From: Alphaproteobacteria bacterium
Lineage (GTDB): Bacteria > Pseudomonadota > Alphaproteobacteria > JAAXGF01
Assembly: GCA_963555825.3 (NCBI GenBank)
Contig: CAUVXB020000001.1
Location: 62,610-126,609, forward strand
Length of the DNA: 64,000 nt
Direction of reading: 5' to 3'
Below, one piece after another: positions 62,734-64,000 of the stretch. A program made the position numbers and the translations under genes. Below the pieces are notes generated by a model. It searched no databases, had not been told where the DNA came from, and worked only from the letters and a program-made list of their open reading frames with translations. The number at the start of each line of letters is the position of its first letter. Position 1 is the stretch's first letter.

Positions 62734-64000
62734 ATGAGCGTGCCGTTGCGCGTTGGCGTCGCCGGCCTTGGCACGGTGGGCGTGGGCACACTCGAACTGC
62801 TCGCCGAGAACGCCGATCTCATCGCCGAGTGCTGCGGTCGCCGCATCGAGGTGACGGCGGTCTCGTCGCGCGAGCGAGACCGTGAGCGCGGCGTTGACAT
62901 CGGCGATATGACTTGGCACGACGACGCGGTGGCGCTGGCCGGCGACCCCGACGTCGACGCCGTCGTCGAGTTGATCGGCGGATCCGACGGCGTTGCGCTC
63001 GATCTCAGCCGCGCGGCATTGGCCGGCGGCAAATCGCTGGTTACCGCCAACAAGGCGATGGTTGCGCACCACGGCGCCGAACTCGCCGTCGCCGCCGAGG
63101 CGGCCGGCGCCGCGCTTGGCTACGAAGCCGCCGTCGCCGGCGGCATTCCGATCATCAAGGCGCTGCGCGAGGGTCTCGCCGCCAATCGCGTTCGGCGCGT
63201 CTTCGGCATTCTCAACGGCACCTGCAACTATATTCTGAGCGCCATGCGGGACGGCGGCCGCGACTTCGCCGAGGTGCTCGCCGAGGCCCAGGAACTGGGC
63301 TTCGCCGAGGCCGACCCGAGCTTCGACATCGATGGCGTCGACACCGCGCATAAGCTGGCCATCCTGGCGAGCGTCGCGTTCGGCTGCCCGGTCAACTTCG
63401 ACGCCATTCATATCGAGGGTATCCGCCATGTCACGGCGCTCGATATCGATTACGCCGCGGAGCTGGGATTCGACATCAAGCTGCTCGGCGTCGCCGCGCT
63501 GACCGAGCGCGGCCTCGAGCAGCGCGTTCATCCCTGCATGGTAGCGAAGGACTCGCCGATCGCCCATGTCGACGGCTCGTTCAATGCCATCGACGTCGAT
63601 GTCGACTTTGCCGACCGGACCATGTTCGTCGGACGCGGCGCGGGTGCTGGCCCGACGGCATCGGCGGTGGTCGCCGATCTCATCGATATCGCGCGCGGCC
63701 AACGCCTGCCGGTGTTCGGCAAGCCCGCCGAAGCGCTCCAACCGATCGCGGCCGCGGCGATGGAGAACCACAAGGGCGCGTACTACATCCGCCTGATGGT
63801 GATCGACCGTCCCGGCGTCATGGCCGACGTCACCGCCGCGTTGCGCGACGAGCAGGTGTCGGTCGAGGCGTTGCTGCAGCGCGGCCGCAACCCGGGCGAC
63901 GTCGTGCCCGTGGTGCTGACCACGCACGAGACCGAGGAGGCGGCGATGCGGCGCACTCTGGCGCGCATTGCCGAGCTCGACGCCGTACAAGAGGCGCCAC
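62734..64000 (+). CDS. hom: Homoserine dehydrogenase (3'-partial; absent from the ORF track because there is no stop in the window)
   Basis: My translation from ATG 62734: MSVPLRVGVAGLGTVGVG...LVTANKAMVAHHG...ILNGTCNYILSAM...EADPSFDIDGVDTAHKLAIL, followed by an ACT domain. The frame is open to 64000. Confidence 0.9.
   Translation, partial: MSVPLRVGVAGLGTVGVGTLELLAENADLIAECCGRRIEVTAVSSRERDRERGVDIGDMTWHDDAVALAGDPDVDAVVELIGGSDGVALDLSRAALAGGKSLVTANKAMVAHHGAELAVAAEAAGAALGYEAAVAGGIPIIKALREGLAANRVRRVFGILNGTCNYILSAMRDGGRDFAEVLAEAQELGFAEADPSFDIDGVDTAHKLAILASVAFGCPVNFDAIHIEGIRHVTALDIDYAAELGFDIKLLGVAALTERGLEQRVHPCMVAKDSPIAHVDGSFNAIDVDVDFADRTMFVGRGAGAGPTASAVVADLIDIARGQRLPVFGKPAEALQPIAAAAMENHKGAYYIRLMVIDRPGVMADVTAALRDEQVSVEALLQRGRNPGDVVPVVLTTHETEEAAMRRTLARIAELDAVQEAP

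Overview
All calls come from reading the sequence and the ORF track by eye; no searches or computations were run. The window is a high-GC chromosomal segment, alphaproteobacterium-like by gene content (rplM-rpsI, argC, hom, phaC, metY, betA, lhgO). It carries many oxidoreductase and CoA-metabolism genes. It is interrupted by several visibly more A/T-rich accessory blocks and by much mobile DNA. The mobile DNA comprises an IS21 end, an IS3 element, one complete and two partial IS1380-like elements, two families of TA-flanked palindromic MITEs, and a four-hairpin intergenic repeat.

Main findings:
1. At 54.5-59.0 kb there is a minus-strand operon. It encodes a membrane-anchored haem protein of the alpha-dioxygenase/cyclooxygenase branch of the animal haem peroxidase superfamily, with distal His and a Tyr-x-x-His motif. 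It also encodes a catalase-fold lipoprotein in which the distal His position reads Gln, and a small unknown protein. This could be an exported two-haem fatty-acid oxygenation (oxylipin-type) module. It lies directly downstream of an orphan IS1380 end.
2. At 3.1-10.8 kb an island sits inside a destroyed M24 peptidase gene. It carries a leaderless trypsin-like protease, itself split by adjacent IS3 and IS1380 elements, and a roughly 1000-aa lipoprotein with no domain I recognise.
3. All three IS1380 3' ends read outward into A/T-richer DNA. Two island borders carry short look-alikes of the IS end, reminiscent of ISEcp1-type one-ended mobilisation. The three ends also share a conserved 50-codon reading frame.
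4. An SDH/FRD-like cluster lies next to a class-I hydro-lyase pair, and a 535-bp MITE is inserted precisely into its 4-bp intercistronic gap.
5. Three genes show single-base frame disruptions, either real pseudogenes or assembly errors.

No rRNA, tRNA or CRISPR array was seen.
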